Source: Epithemia pelagica (Eukaryota > Protista > Bacillariophyta). From it: 64,000 nt of DNA. The DNA lies in assembly GCA_946965045.2 (NCBI GenBank), contig OX337242.1:1612001-1676000 (forward strand), written 5' to 3'. Below, piece by piece: positions 20,254 to 32,341 of this stretch; within the stretch, counting starts at the first letter, position 1, and each line of letters starts with the position of its first letter. Under the pieces are notes generated by a model, which was given only the letters and a program-made list of their open reading frames with translations, ran no database searches and was not told the origin of the DNA. The translations under genes were made by a program, and so were the position numbers.

Positions 20254-21948
20254 ATGAACGGTGCAGCATCCCAGGTCGCACCTCCCGATGGTGGAGGTCG
20301 CCCCAGCGACACTCGTCGGAAACTGCTGAATGAAGAATTGTCAGTCCCAATGGTGAGCAATTTCTTCTCGATTGAACGGTACTATGATGCGGCAGATAAG
20401 GTCTTTGAATCTTCTCAAGCGGCGTTTACGGCCAAGAATTTGGACAATGCCTACGTCTACGGGAAGCGCTATTGTATGTTTTGTTTGGACGCGATTCCCA
20501 CGCACAATTACTTTACGGCAGATCGGTACAAACATTTGCAACTGAAGCATCGGCCTCAAGTGGACTTGGTTCTGTCGCAGTTGTCACAAGTGGCCGAACT
20601 CATGGATGTCGAGGAACTGCAAAAACAATTGATTGCCGCCGAAAAGGCACAAAAGGAGGCGGAAGAAAAGGCCCGCCGAGACCGAGAGGCCCACGACGAG
20701 CTAATGAAACGAGCCAGTCAATTCACACACACGTCCTCTTCGTCCACGGGAGCTCCGTCTTCCCAGGAAAATTTGCAGGCATCGGCTCTGAGTAAATTGG
20801 ATATGCTACGCACGACCATGTCTCAAGAGCAAGTCGGTACTAAGAGGGTGCAACGTCAAACAGGCAAAAACGAGGCAGAGTTGACCATAAAGCGGGATCC
20901 ATCGGGAGAGGAACCTTCTCTACCATCGTCGAGATATCGATTATTGAGTGATTCCGAAGACGATGATGGCGAAGAGAAAAAGAGCAGTCATTCGGTCATG
21001 CCACCACCGATTCCTCCACCATCCACGGGAGCCTCGGCGGCTCCACCGTCTTACAATCAAGCAATAGCAACTCAACGCGGTGGACAATTTCTGAAGCGAA
21101 ATTTCTTAGCACCATTGGGTCCCCCTCCGGCTCCGGGTCAAACATCATCAACTCACTTGGTTCCATCGGTGCAAGAACCCAAAGCAAAGAGACGAGAGCG
21201 TCTCCCCGTGCGGAAGCTCAAGGAAGAATATCGTTCGGACTACATTCGATGGTCCGGGGATGGTCGGATAGAAGTATCAACGGTCGACACTTACCAAGGA
21301 CGGAAATCTTCGTCGCTGAATGGATGCACGGTTATCTCAGCGCTGGTCGCTGCACGGCATTTGTCCACTGGTGGAGCAATAGCGGACACTTCGATTGTCG
21401 ATGTGATCGACCGACAATGTGGACCTTTACTGCAGAAAATCCGTGGCAAATTGGGTCTGGGTCCATCAGCCCTGATCATTCCATCGGATGTTCATGATCA
21501 TTTGGTGGATGCCAAAATCTTACACCAAGAAGCCTTTGAAGGGGCTGCAGGAGGTAGTGTCATGGATCCCAATCACATGAATGAATTCCTCAAACTCTTG
21601 GATGTAGGAGCAGATGGAAAGGGGCCTCACCGCAAGGCAGCGGCGACGTTCTTCTTTCACGAGCATGTGATTAGCATTGTCAAAATACCAGCTACGTCGC
21701 ACAATGGTACGGCGTTTTTCGATTTGGTCGATTCCCTACCGACCAGTATCGGAGGTCGAAGTAAAGCAACACGGACGCGATGTCATGGAATACAATCCTT
21801 GGCGGTACTTTTGCGATACTACACCTCTCGCAAATTCTCGGAATCGAATTGCTCCTACATTGATCGCAATGACTGGGACGATGCCATGGCCGATTTCGAC
21901 CCACGTGTCTTTCAAGGCTTTGTCTGGAGTAATCGCGGCAAACAATAG
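20254..21948 (+). CDS. USP8-dimerisation/MIT-like (AMSH-type) N-terminal domain fused to a putative papain-fold cysteine peptidase domain
   Basis: SIERYYDAADKVFE...LDNAYVYGKRY...IPTHNYF is typical of AMSH/USP8 N-termini. The C-terminus has TYQG..NGCTVIS, FHEHV and DLVDSL. No JAMM motif seen. Confidence 0.65.
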   Translation: MNGAASQVAPPDGGGRPSDTRRKLLNEELSVPMVSNFFSIERYYDAADKVFESSQAAFTAKNLDNAYVYGKRYCMFCLDAIPTHNYFTADRYKHLQLKHRPQVDLVLSQLSQVAELMDVEELQKQLIAAEKAQKEAEEKARRDREAHDELMKRASQFTHTSSSSTGAPSSQENLQASALSKLDMLRTTMSQEQVGTKRVQRQTGKNEAELTIKRDPSGEEPSLPSSRYRLLSDSEDDDGEEKKSSHSVMPPPIPPPSTGASAAPPSYNQAIATQRGGQFLKRNFLAPLGPPPAPGQTSSTHLVPSVQEPKAKRRERLPVRKLKEEYRSDYIRWSGDGRIEVSTVDTYQGRKSSSLNGCTVISALVAARHLSTGGAIADTSIVDVIDRQCGPLLQKIRGKLGLGPSALIIPSDVHDHLVDAKILHQEAFEGAAGGSVMDPNHMNEFLKLLDVGADGKGPHRKAAATFFFHEHVISIVKIPATSHNGTAFFDLVDSLPTSIGGRSKATRTRCHGIQSLAVLLRYYTSRKFSESNCSYIDRNDWDDAMADFDPRVFQGFVWSNRGKQ

Positions 21949-22764
21949 TACCAGGAACCTTGCTCTACTAGAGAAAAAGGCTAACGAGTACTTGTTCCCT
22001 TGGTGCCTTGGCTTTTTTGTATAGGGAGCAGTAGGCAGCAGATAGGAGTTCGTCGAACAAAGCACAAGCTACAAGCTAGATCGTATCTACCTGCTACCCG
22101 GGGTAGGCATACGGATAGAGAAGAGAAGGTACAGTCAGTCTGTCGTCCGCTTGCGCAATGCGTCATGTGTCATCATGTGTCATGTGTCATGTACACGCGC
22201 GAGCCTCGTAATTAATCTACACATTACACATAGACGTGCGCCCACACCGGAGTGTACACAGAAAGTATGTATTTGCTGTACTATGTGTCCGCCTTGCGAC
22301 GCGCCCAGGACAAAGATCGCGCCATCCGATTAGACCGGACCAAAGACAACAAGGCCATGGAGCGTGCATGCGTGACTATGCATGCTTCCCACGCAAAATT
22401 CCCACGGGAAAGCGATTCCAAAACCGACCCATTGCGAGATAATAGAGTACAAGCGGGACCAAATTACAGCTTCCGTTTTCATGTGCCACGTTAAATAATT
22501 ATGTCCAACGGATTCCATCGTGTGTCTCATTTCGCCATCCCGCGGATTTTCTCACTATTTGGTGCGTCTTGAAAGGCTTCAAGACAACATCCACACACGA
22601 ACTGGGTTGTACTTTGGACCGACCATCGCTTTGAACCTTGTCACACGAGCACCGAGGACCGTCCAGCAATCTCGAACTTTGTTGCTTGTATACTCCAGTT
22701 TACGTGGTGGGATTGGCCGTAACAACAATGGCTACGAATTGCGGTAGGTGGTGACATTGGAGCC

Positions 22765-24615
22765 ATGGAGAGGCCCCCAAAGCAGGGGAGATTCTCATTC
22801 ACCGATTCGTATCGACCGCAATCAATTTCGTCTCATGAACATGTAGGTAGTGGATTTACGGAGGAGGAGTTCTGTGACCTGTTCAGGGAAGCATCCAGCG
22901 AAAGCAGAAAAGGCCCATTTTTAAATTGGCTATCATCCTACGTTGGTTCACCAGCTGTCGGCACCCTCAGCCTCAACACTTTGCGACTAGTTCATGGATG
23001 GCTGGTGCTTCAACTTGGCTCCTCTTTCAACGACACTAGCATTGGATCCTCCTCCGCAACGAGACTTATTCTGAATTGTCTGCGTCACATTTACGTGTCG
23101 CATTCAATCACCGTTTTGCTCAATCCACCAGCGCTTTCGGAAGCTTTGAAAGCTCACATGCGACAAGCAATAAAAATTACGCGAACGGATGTCAGCGATG
23201 AAGAAAGACTTTCGACGCTTTCTCTTTGCCTTGTGTCTATTGATTTGATGCTGCGTGCACAAATGGAACGGTATGGAGAGATTGCTATGGAATCGGTCTC
23301 TCCGGATGACGACTTTAAAGACTTTCTTCTGGCCCTGTTGGTAATACGGCGGACGGAAAATCAATACAGAGTACCATCTATGAGCTCCACAGCGTATCAG
23401 TTGATCCTAAAGCTCTCCCATACAAATGCACTGTCGTTCCAAGATGAGGAGACATTTCATAACTGGGCACAAATCGCCCGACTGTTTGTGCAGGATGATG
23501 TCAACCAGAACAATGGAACTTATGCTGTGCCCAGGACCGCTCGAGCAAATCCGAGATATCAGACGGAAGCTGAATGGGTGTTTCACATTGAATGTTTGGT
23601 TCACTTTGGGAATGTTTTGCTTCGAGATACTGATGAAAGTGACCAGGATGAACTTGCACGCATCGCCCTGAATGATCACGCTCCAGGTTTGCTGTCTTTG
23701 CGAGCTGCACGGTGCTTGTCTCAGCTGTCCACAATGTCGTCCTCTTGCTCGGAATCCCTGTTTCAGAAAGTGGTACAAATGTTTATTGTTTCAAATCATC
23801 AGATCAAGATACAGATGTTGCCTGCCTTGCGCGGGAACTCCATCCCTGATCATTTGTGTGAGGGTTTTTCTCGATTTGTTTTAAGTGACGAAAGAACTCT
23901 CAAGGCTGTTTTGTCAGGCGTGGTAGATCTCGTCCTTTCTGCTCACGAAACAGAAAATCTTCTTGATCGTGGGGTGCACTGGCGTGAGGATGCTGCGCGT
24001 TTTCTCCATATTGTGCTTCTTCATCTGAGTCGAGATTCCTCCATGTTGATACCTCATATGGATATACTCTCGATCTCGTTTGCCTTTCTGAACAGCCCGC
24101 ATCCTGAAGCTGTCAAATGTGCCGTCGACACCCTATTTGACACTGTCCTCCATGGGACATTTCCAATCCCCGATGTTGCAGATTTGTTTCAAAGCTTGAT
24201 CACACCTCTGCTGAGCTTGTCTGGTGATATGGAAACCAAAGAGAAAGCGATGGATCTGTTGGTGCTCCTCACGAGACAACGTCCGATGCACCTTTCTCAG
24301 CTTGTGCGGATACCGAGGGCACTTGAAGGCTTGGTCCGATGCGCGTCTGTCAGACAGACGCATGCGTGGTCATCCAAGCGGTTGAAGAATCGGGCAACAA
24401 GTGTTCTTCTTCGAATGGCGGAAGATCCCATTAACCACAGGGTACTGGCCAAACAAACAGGACTGCTTTCTTTGCTCATCAGGTACATTCGAGAGGAGGA
24501 ATCTTTTGTCGATGCAAGTGTTCCCGAAGAAGATGACGAAGACATGCGTCCAGTTGTCGTGCCGAACCGCGAGGCAATCAAAGCCAGCATTCTGCGAATC
24601 GCTGCTGCTTTGTAG
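22765..24615 (+). CDS. Helical (ARM-like) hypothetical protein
   Basis: 616-aa ORF; helical repeats; C-terminus LLRMAEDPINHRVLAKQTGLLSLLIRY...IKASILRIAAAL. Confidence 0.75.
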   Translation: MERPPKQGRFSFTDSYRPQSISSHEHVGSGFTEEEFCDLFREASSESRKGPFLNWLSSYVGSPAVGTLSLNTLRLVHGWLVLQLGSSFNDTSIGSSSATRLILNCLRHIYVSHSITVLLNPPALSEALKAHMRQAIKITRTDVSDEERLSTLSLCLVSIDLMLRAQMERYGEIAMESVSPDDDFKDFLLALLVIRRTENQYRVPSMSSTAYQLILKLSHTNALSFQDEETFHNWAQIARLFVQDDVNQNNGTYAVPRTARANPRYQTEAEWVFHIECLVHFGNVLLRDTDESDQDELARIALNDHAPGLLSLRAARCLSQLSTMSSSCSESLFQKVVQMFIVSNHQIKIQMLPALRGNSIPDHLCEGFSRFVLSDERTLKAVLSGVVDLVLSAHETENLLDRGVHWREDAARFLHIVLLHLSRDSSMLIPHMDILSISFAFLNSPHPEAVKCAVDTLFDTVLHGTFPIPDVADLFQSLITPLLSLSGDMETKEKAMDLLVLLTRQRPMHLSQLVRIPRALEGLVRCASVRQTHAWSSKRLKNRATSVLLRMAEDPINHRVLAKQTGLLSLLIRYIREEESFVDASVPEEDDEDMRPVVVPNREAIKASILRIAAAL

Positions 24616-25220
24616 TGAAATTACTCCAGTATTTCTTGTCTTGAAGGTTCTGAGATTGTGCAGACTCTTTTCTTGAGCGACACAGCCCTTTTCCTCGGTG
24701 GCAACGTCGAACGACCTACCTCGTCGCTGCAGTCTCTCTGCTGTGAATATAAACCAAACGGTTGCACTGCACCAAAGCGGGAAGACCTGCTTTGCTGCCT
24801 GGCAGTCATGGTGGAGGGCCAGAACTGAAAATGGTGCAGACCAGCGGATCTGTGTTCCCGTCTGGTGGCCATTGCTTTTGACCTTGTCCGAGAGAAACTA
24901 TGTTCGCAGTTCGCAAGAAGACGACCTTTCCTCCTCCTCTATCGTGGAGACTGATCCTCCCACAAGACAAGAGCGCTATTATTGGCATTGCCACCCGTTT
25001 GGGATGAGGTGCAAAGATTCTTGTTTCTTTTCTAGAGTAAAAGAGACTATGAACGACATATTCGAGGAAACGCTATCCTGTCGAAGATCACGGAGCTATC
25101 GCGCGTCTTCGTTCATCCAGCCAAAGGCGTTGAAGAGTATAAGAAACCATCTTCAGTCTCAAGGCTCCGATAACATTCTTACTTTTTGAAACAGTACAAC
25201 AGTCACCCAAGAATAGATTT

Positions 25221-25949
25221 TTATTCAACCAAGGTTTCCACAGTTTGTTCCATGGGGGGCTGTGCCAACGATACAAAGCTAGCCAATGCCTCTACAGTAG
25301 CCTGATATGCTTCATTCATTTCTCCGTTCGACAGATTGCGACCACGTAACGCGACGCCCGCAATAGAATCCATTTTTTCCAAAGAAGTACTAAATTGCTT
25401 GTACAGATTCTCAAGTTCGGCTTGTTTCTGTAACATTTCTTTGCTTGGCTTGTCTTCGTCCTCAGACACAGCTCGAACAAGAGTTACACACGACTTCCGA
25501 ATAACGGAAAATGGTTCAACTCTCAGTGACTGTTTGAGTCCGAGATAATCTTCTGTTTGGATATAGAGTTCGTCCATGGCCAATAGCTTTCGTTGAGCAC
25601 TTTTGACGTTGCGCAGTGCTGTCTTGGACGCGAGTTGGCTGGCGACATCGGCATGAGCAACCGATGGAGGCCACAGAAAACCACCGCCCGACGCCAATCC
25701 CACTGCGGCAGTAGTTCGTACCGAGGATTGCAGAAATCCGGACCTGGTTGCTAATAACGGCATTTGCGGCTCCAAAGAGGCCGCAGCCACAGAGCCTCTT
25801 GTGGTGAGCATCTCATTGATCGGGGGAGAAAGTTGATTCAGTGCATTGGTATGCGAAATCAAGGCGAAAATCAATATTTTCCAGCATGTGGAAGGGGAAT
25901 AAACCATCATTCTTCTTATCATTGTGGTTGTGGGCATGGAACCAAACAC
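25221..25949 (-). CDS. Putative plastid/thylakoid-lumen protein (PsbQ-like helical bundle, tentative)
   Basis: Signal peptide, transit-like region, Tat-like TRSGFLQ followed by a hydrophobic stretch and AHA cleavage motif; amphipathic helical mature part. Confidence 0.6.
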   Translation of the reverse strand: MFGSMPTTTMIRRMMVYSPSTCWKILIFALISHTNALNQLSPPINEMLTTRGSVAAASLEPQMPLLATRSGFLQSSVRTTAAVGLASGGGFLWPPSVAHADVASQLASKTALRNVKSAQRKLLAMDELYIQTEDYLGLKQSLRVEPFSVIRKSCVTLVRAVSEDEDKPSKEMLQKQAELENLYKQFSTSLEKMDSIAGVALRGRNLSNGEMNEAYQATVEALASFVSLAQPPMEQTVETLVE

Positions 25950-26434
25950 TGCGCCGTCCCTCTATTGCTTCCGTCAGACCACCTCATTGTTGGGAGATTT
26001 TGTTGGTGCGTACCACAAAAAATTCTTGATGGCGTCTTGCGATTGCTTCCTAACGAGCGCTGAGGTTTAAATGACATCCCAGTGACCATTTTTTCACGCG
26101 CTAGCGGGTAGTGTTTTTGGGTTGAATTTGACTGAACCATAGCCACTACACCCTCGTATCCCCTCCCGCTGGAGGGTGAGCATTGTTGACATCATGGGCT
26201 CATGGCAGAAAAGTTCTTTTTCTGGGTGTGTATTCGTAAAGTGTAGACCGCTCCCTTTCCTTTCAATCGATTCCGGTACTGTCGTTTCCTTCTCTTTGTG
26301 GACCTTGGAGGAGAAATAAAGCTGACTTGCAGAATCAGAGAAACCATAAAGGTATCATTTTGACGTGATCTAACGTGTTTTAGTGACACTGACAGCGCTT
26401 CTTACAAAGTGATTGTGATACAGTTTCAGCAGTA

Positions 26435-27856
26435 ATGGACGCTTCTACGATTACCACCATGCTTCCTTCGGAACGCCGTCGCTTTGAAGATGTTGCGAAT
26501 ACCTGTAGTATCGATGTCGATCGCATCTGTAGCTCAGTTGCGCTGCCTCATCCCATGGTATCCTTTTCTTCGTCTCCAATGGATGACTTTGGATCCATTG
26601 TAGATGGCCTCATGCGTTCGTTCTTGGAGGTCCCCGAGCATCAACCGGCTGCTTCTGTTTCGCCACAACGCGAAACGGTTCCTAGTTTGGAAGACTCTCG
26701 TGGCTTGGAAAGCCCAGTTGATAACAATGTCGAGGGGGACCATCCCATCATCATTATTCGTTCTTCGTTCTCTTCAAATGGCCCTTGCGAAGAGGAGCTT
26801 ATCAGGCACATGTTGTCACATTTTGCTCCCATTTTCCCGCTCGAAGAAACGGAGGTTTTGGCTCAGAGACTTTCTGACCATGGCCGTGAGATGTTGACCC
26901 GTATTCCTGCCGAAGAAGAAGAGAACCAGGAAGCCCGCATCGCCCGACGTTTGTCGGAAGTCAGCCCTGAAGAAGTCATGGAGCACCGCCGCAAGGTTTT
27001 GTTGCCCTTTAGTTCGGACAAGAATGATTGCTTGCTCACCGCCTACCAGAACAGTCTCGTTAGTGAACCCTGCGGACAAGCTATTCAGAATTTGGAGCAT
27101 GTCCGTGCGGCCCAGTATCACTACCAGATGTATGAACGCCAAGCCTCTCTTGAAGCGTTTACCAATCTATTCCTGGTGTACTTCTTGGTGCTCTCCACCG
27201 TTGTCGTCTTGTTTTTGCGCCGCAAAAATCTGTTCAAGGTCAAGCGTCATCTTGCTGCATCCATCTTCAGGACGATTTACTCCAAACCCGAATTGAAGAG
27301 TGCTGTTGAGAAGGAACTCGGACACCCGATTGGAAATGAGATTCCGCGTCCTTGGAAAGCCCTGAAAGACGGATTCCAAAAGCTTCGCAAGCTTGTTACA
27401 GTTCTAATGTTTGCGTCCATTCTTTCCATGTTGGGTGTAATTTCTATTACAACGGCGCTTCATGTCGGTGTCATTGTGTCTGCCTATGTGTTTATCCGTG
27501 TGGTTTTGATGAAGCCTTGGACTGGTGTGGAAGACAACTCCACGGTGGGCGGGTGCTGCGACAACTGTTGCTGCTGCAACAAGAGCAGCCCGGACATGGA
27601 AAATGGTGTGGCTGGTTGTTGTGATGACTGTTGCTGCTGCAACAAGAGCAGTCCGGACATGAAAAATGGTATGGACGGTTGCTGCGACAACTGTTGTGAT
27701 GATTGCTGCTGCTGCAACAAGAGTACTCCAGGCATGGAAAGCGATATGGGTGGATGCTGTGATGATTGCTGCTGCTGCGACCACAGCAGCCCCGATAAAA
27801 AAGTGATGAAACCCCGCCAAGAGATTTACGAAGGCATTCCGATTCAGATTGTGTAA
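26435..27856 (+). CDS. Membrane protein with three TM segments and a C-terminal Cys-rich repeat tail
   Basis: TMs LFLVYFLVLSTVVVLFL and two further hydrophobic segments; four GCC(D/N)xCCCCxKSSP(D/G)M-like units at the C-terminus. Confidence 0.75.
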   Translation: MDASTITTMLPSERRRFEDVANTCSIDVDRICSSVALPHPMVSFSSSPMDDFGSIVDGLMRSFLEVPEHQPAASVSPQRETVPSLEDSRGLESPVDNNVEGDHPIIIIRSSFSSNGPCEEELIRHMLSHFAPIFPLEETEVLAQRLSDHGREMLTRIPAEEEENQEARIARRLSEVSPEEVMEHRRKVLLPFSSDKNDCLLTAYQNSLVSEPCGQAIQNLEHVRAAQYHYQMYERQASLEAFTNLFLVYFLVLSTVVVLFLRRKNLFKVKRHLAASIFRTIYSKPELKSAVEKELGHPIGNEIPRPWKALKDGFQKLRKLVTVLMFASILSMLGVISITTALHVGVIVSAYVFIRVVLMKPWTGVEDNSTVGGCCDNCCCCNKSSPDMENGVAGCCDDCCCCNKSSPDMKNGMDGCCDNCCDDCCCCNKSTPGMESDMGGCCDDCCCCDHSSPDKKVMKPRQEIYEGIPIQIV

Positions 27857-28199
27857 GAAGGAAGATCCTTCATTAAGTGGAGGAATTATGGGAGTTCTCT
27901 TGCCGTGGCAGAAAAATGGTAGCTTTAATTTAAATTCACGTTTCTATTCTACACTGAAAGTTACAAACCGCGTCGCTAGGTCTCATGACTGTAGCTAGGC
28001 TTGGTTTAGGAAAGCATCAACTCCAAGAAGTTTCTCCTGATATTCACAGCTGCCCCTGACTTTTATTCACCAACATCATCTGCTCTCGTCCGCAAAAATG
28101 GTGGCTTTCTCACCCAATTCCTAAGTAGGCGCAAGTCAGCTGTTTCTATGACGCGTTCTTCTAAGTTTTATAAACAATTTAAACAACCATCCTCTCAGA

Positions 28200-31100
28200 T
28201 CAGAGGATGACACATTCGCATCCTTGTATCACTGCGCCAGACCCTGTGGAAGGAACACTATTCATGTCTGAACCGAAGTGTTGTTCCATGTAGCCATGGA
28301 GCATTTCCAGAATCTTTCCAAAGGAAGGACGGGCACTTGGTTCATCATCCCAACAGATCATCAACATATTTACAGATCTGACATCCAGCTCACGAGGAAA
28401 CTCGGGTCGATTGCCTTCAGATGCAAGTTTTACTGCTTCATATCCAGGAAGGGACGGCCATGGTGGACGACCAACCATCAAGTAATACAAGATCATAGCA
28501 AACGAATATACATCGACTTTCTCGTTGTATTTCTCGTGTCGAAATACTTCCGGTGCCATCTATGAGAGAAAGAAGAAAGTGAGAGCCATCGTCCATCGAA
28601 TTTACAACACAGAAGAAACTGAAGTACACTTACAAAGCGGTATGAGCCTGTTTCCCCAGTCATCTTGTAGGCATCAGACTCCATGTCTTCGGGACGGAGC
28701 TTGGAAAGACCAAAATCACTGATTTTAAGTGTTCCCGAGTAGTCAATGAGTAGATTGGCAGGCTTGAGATCTCTATGGATGATGGGCGGACTGCAAGTAT
28801 GAAGGTAATGCATTCCCTGCGCCAGTTGCTGCGCATATATAAACTGGGTTTTCCTCGGCATTCTCGTCCGATTCGCTATGTTTTCCTTGAAAACATCCAA
28901 TAAGGAACATCTGCACAGTTCCGAAATCAGACATTCGAATCTCTCGATTCGGGAATACCCAAGCATAAGAACAATGTTGGGATGCCGTAGCGACTTGACA
29001 ACAGAAATTTCCTGACGAAAGTCGGCCAAGGCCATCTCCTGTTCAGTGTGAGACATTCCTGTGACGTCCAGGTCAGTCAAATTGCCCATGTTGGGAATAG
29101 ATTTCGCATGCAACCAGTCATTGTTGATCTTTGATGTTCGGATGATTTTGGCAGCCACTAGCGTTCCTCGCCACCTACAAAGATCAACGCAAAATCATGA
29201 GAAAAGGCATGAAACTTTCGTTTCAAAGAGGTCTTGGAACCCTGCATATAAACGTACCGGCATTTGTATATTTCCCCGAATGCCCCCGCCCCAATTCGAC
29301 TTATCATTTGGAGATCGAAGAAGTCTATCTCCATGTTGTTAATGGCACGGCGAGTTGAACCTTCCAGTTCTACAGTTGCACAAGCCTTCTGACGATTCCC
29401 ATGAATGGCTCCATAACTCTCAAGTAGCCCGATACACTCCGTTTGCTGGCTGTCAACGGCGTCGTCCAAGGGAGTCCTCCCGCATCCATCAAGGGTATTC
29501 ACATCGGCGCCCTCATCCAGGAGTATCTTCACGACTGTTGCATTTCCACCTCTTGCACTACAAAAAAGCCGAAAAATGTAAGTTATTTGAAGCCTTCCAT
29601 GATTTTCCACACTTTAACCGTCAAAACTTACGCCAAATGAAGAGCGCTGTGGTCACAACTGGCGCTAATATCTTCTTTCTTGTCCATCTCGGTTGTCTCT
29701 CGACATTCCTTGTCGTCTTCAAGAAGAAGCCGGACTTCATCCAGATCACCATCATTCGCTGCATGGACCAGTTTGACGGATCTACTTGCGGATCCACCTA
29801 GTGCCCCAACTCGCCGTAGGTATTCAGCGACGTGCTTATGTTGGTGGCGCTCGGCATCATCCAGAGGACTTCCACCCCATCGATCGCTCCGATTCACGCG
29901 AGCATTGTACACTTCAATTAACATTTGACAAATGAGTAAATGACCCTCCGAGGCGGCAATATGCAAGGGGCTTCGTCGGTCATAGTCTCGAAAGTTTACA
30001 TGAGAAGGGTTCTCGGCAATGAGCCGTTCCATTGCGTGAATGTCACCTCGTGCAGTAGCTTGAAGTAAACTACATCCAGTGGCAAATTCAGCCGTGGACA
30101 TGGCAAGATCCGTGTGGGATGCCAAGATCCCACTTCCGGCCCATTCGTGCTGTGTTTGTACCAGCACATCGGCATGAACCTCTGTGGGAGCAGCCGTAGC
30201 TTCAGCATGCACAACTTCCACTCGAGTGGCCGTTGTCACTGCAGGTTCCTTCACGGCGGTAGGAATGAATACTTGACTGGCCTCTATTCTTGTTGATGAC
30301 GATACATGGCATGGGGATCCATCTTTTGAGACTTGTCTGATGTCTTCTTCTAGTTCCAGGTGAACCGATAAAGGCTCCAATACTCTGGATTCCGTCTTCT
30401 TTGCACTCAAACGTCGACTGCCTTGCCAATACACCACCGCAGCCAGTGTAAGTAGCAACAAGGGGAAAAAGTTACTGTCATCGTGTACTAATGGAAACTC
30501 CTGTTGATACCATGCTTGTTTTGGGTGCCGTGATCCTTCTTGTTGAAACGTCTCACTTCTTGGTGTCAACATGGGATCTTCTGTCGCTGAAGGACGAACT
30601 TCATCCCTCACGTGTCTTGAAGAATATCCAACGTCTCTGGTAGGGTCTAAACAATGACCTGGTTTCATCAATGAGCAACTCCTAGCCATGGTACTGTTCA
30701 AAGGAAGATTGCATCTAGCTGATGGCCTGATGCCTTGATGTAGAGATGATGGATGGTTGGGTGGAATGGATTCGACCTTGTTCCATTCTCCAATCTTCTC
30801 TTGTTTCTGCGACTGTTCTTGTAAAGGAGCGGCAGTTGAAGATACCATTCTTTTATGCTGGAGCTGCGATGCAGAAGTTCCTGCCATTGCCCTGGAAGGA
30901 TTCGCAGGCTCGATGCTGCGCGTTTGGAACGAACCTTGGTCCACATCCCTACAGAAACCGAACGATGAAGGCTCCATGACTCGGCAGTCATATTTGGATG
31001 TACCAACGAAAAATCCTTCGCGATCTTTTGTTTCTTTGGCATTTCCGGTATCTTTGCCGATTTTTGCGCTTGGTGACGCCATCACTCCATCCCGCGCCAT

Positions 31101-31361
31101 GAACATAGTTGATGGAGGGTTTGGGGTGATGTCCTCACAATAGGAGAGGCCATCATGGTGTCCGCTGCGCCCCTGATCCGATGCCATTCTCTCTTCCATT
31201 GATTTCGTCTGAAAAGATAATCTTTGGCCAAAGAGAAAACTTCTTGTCGTCGACGAGGTGCCTTCGTCACCCGAGAATGCCATCAATCCTGGTCCAATAG
31301 CACCATCGACTGTTGACTTTTGAATTCTTGATGGATGTGGCGAGGAAAGAGAAAAAGACAA
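28200..31361 (-). CDS. Ankyrin-repeat TKL-family protein kinase (copy 1), 4 exons (31361-29632, 29557-29258, 29174-28634, 28559-28200), with N-terminal TM
   Basis: ANK repeats DYDRRSPLHIAASEG / DRWGGSPLDDA; GAGAFG, VAAK, HRDLKPAN, DFG, GSYRF-MAPE; introns read GT-AG. Confidence 0.9.
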
Positions 31362-32341
31362 GGCAGAAAGTCAGAATTACGCCGAACCCGGAACCCCAAA
31401 ATGGCAAAAGGTGAGCTCAATCTGCCTTCAGGAAGATGTCGAAAGCACGTTGTCAATAAGTAAGATTTTCTGCACAAGAGCAGAAATTGAAGTGAGTCAC
31501 CCCAATCACATAGTTTCTCAACGTGGATCTGCGTGGCCGCAATGGGAACTTAAGGGCAAGCGTTTTTCTACGAATGGGTGGTCCTCACCATGGTGTCGGC
31601 AGGTGGCGCTCGGAACTCGGAACTGCTCCATGTCTGAGGGCCAACTGGGCACCTGACTCTGTGATGGTCAAACCCGGTGCGAGGTGTTTTGATAGAATGC
31701 CCATGTCACTGTTCTGAGGAAGCGGTACTCGAACGCGATCCGCACCGAACCTCAGAGAGTCAAGACGGAAGCTGCGTGCTTCATGATTTTACCGCTGGCT
31801 CAGTCACTTCAACTTATGTGCGACCAATTTGTGGGTCATCCGGCATCCACTTCCGGGGCAATTCCAAAACACATGAAACTTCCTCTTGACGAACGGAAGC
31901 AGAGTGCACTGTAAAGTAGATAGTACCGGTGCGGAACGTGTGTTTGTCGCGTTTGCGAAGTGTTCGCATCCATCAAATGGTCAAACTTCCATTCTTCCAC
32001 TCTTTGGATGAGAAGATCGAGGAAGACGAATCCTACCCCACCAGTCCCCCACGAAAGACATGGAGGTGTCGGAAAAAGAGAACCCGAAAGCTGGGTGGAG
32101 TTCCTGTCGCACCGCCGCTTCTATTGCGTCGATAGTTGAAACAATCTGTCGTCATCTGTCGTTTGAGATGTCTGCTCTTGAAACAACGCCACACGTGAAT
32201 GAATTGCTCAAAATGATTGGTGGCTGTTCAGAAAAAGCGAAGAGAATTTGAAGAGTGGATGAGGTGTGGTGGTGGAAGGTCTCTTGCCGTCTTATGAGGA
32301 CCAAGAACACCAAGAGATTTTGCCGTTCTTCCCAAACGACC

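Noticed and set aside
29628-29632. Apparent truncation or frameshift of kinase copy 1 after ALHLA
   Set aside because: It is a normal GT-AG intron at the same position as in the other two paralogues.
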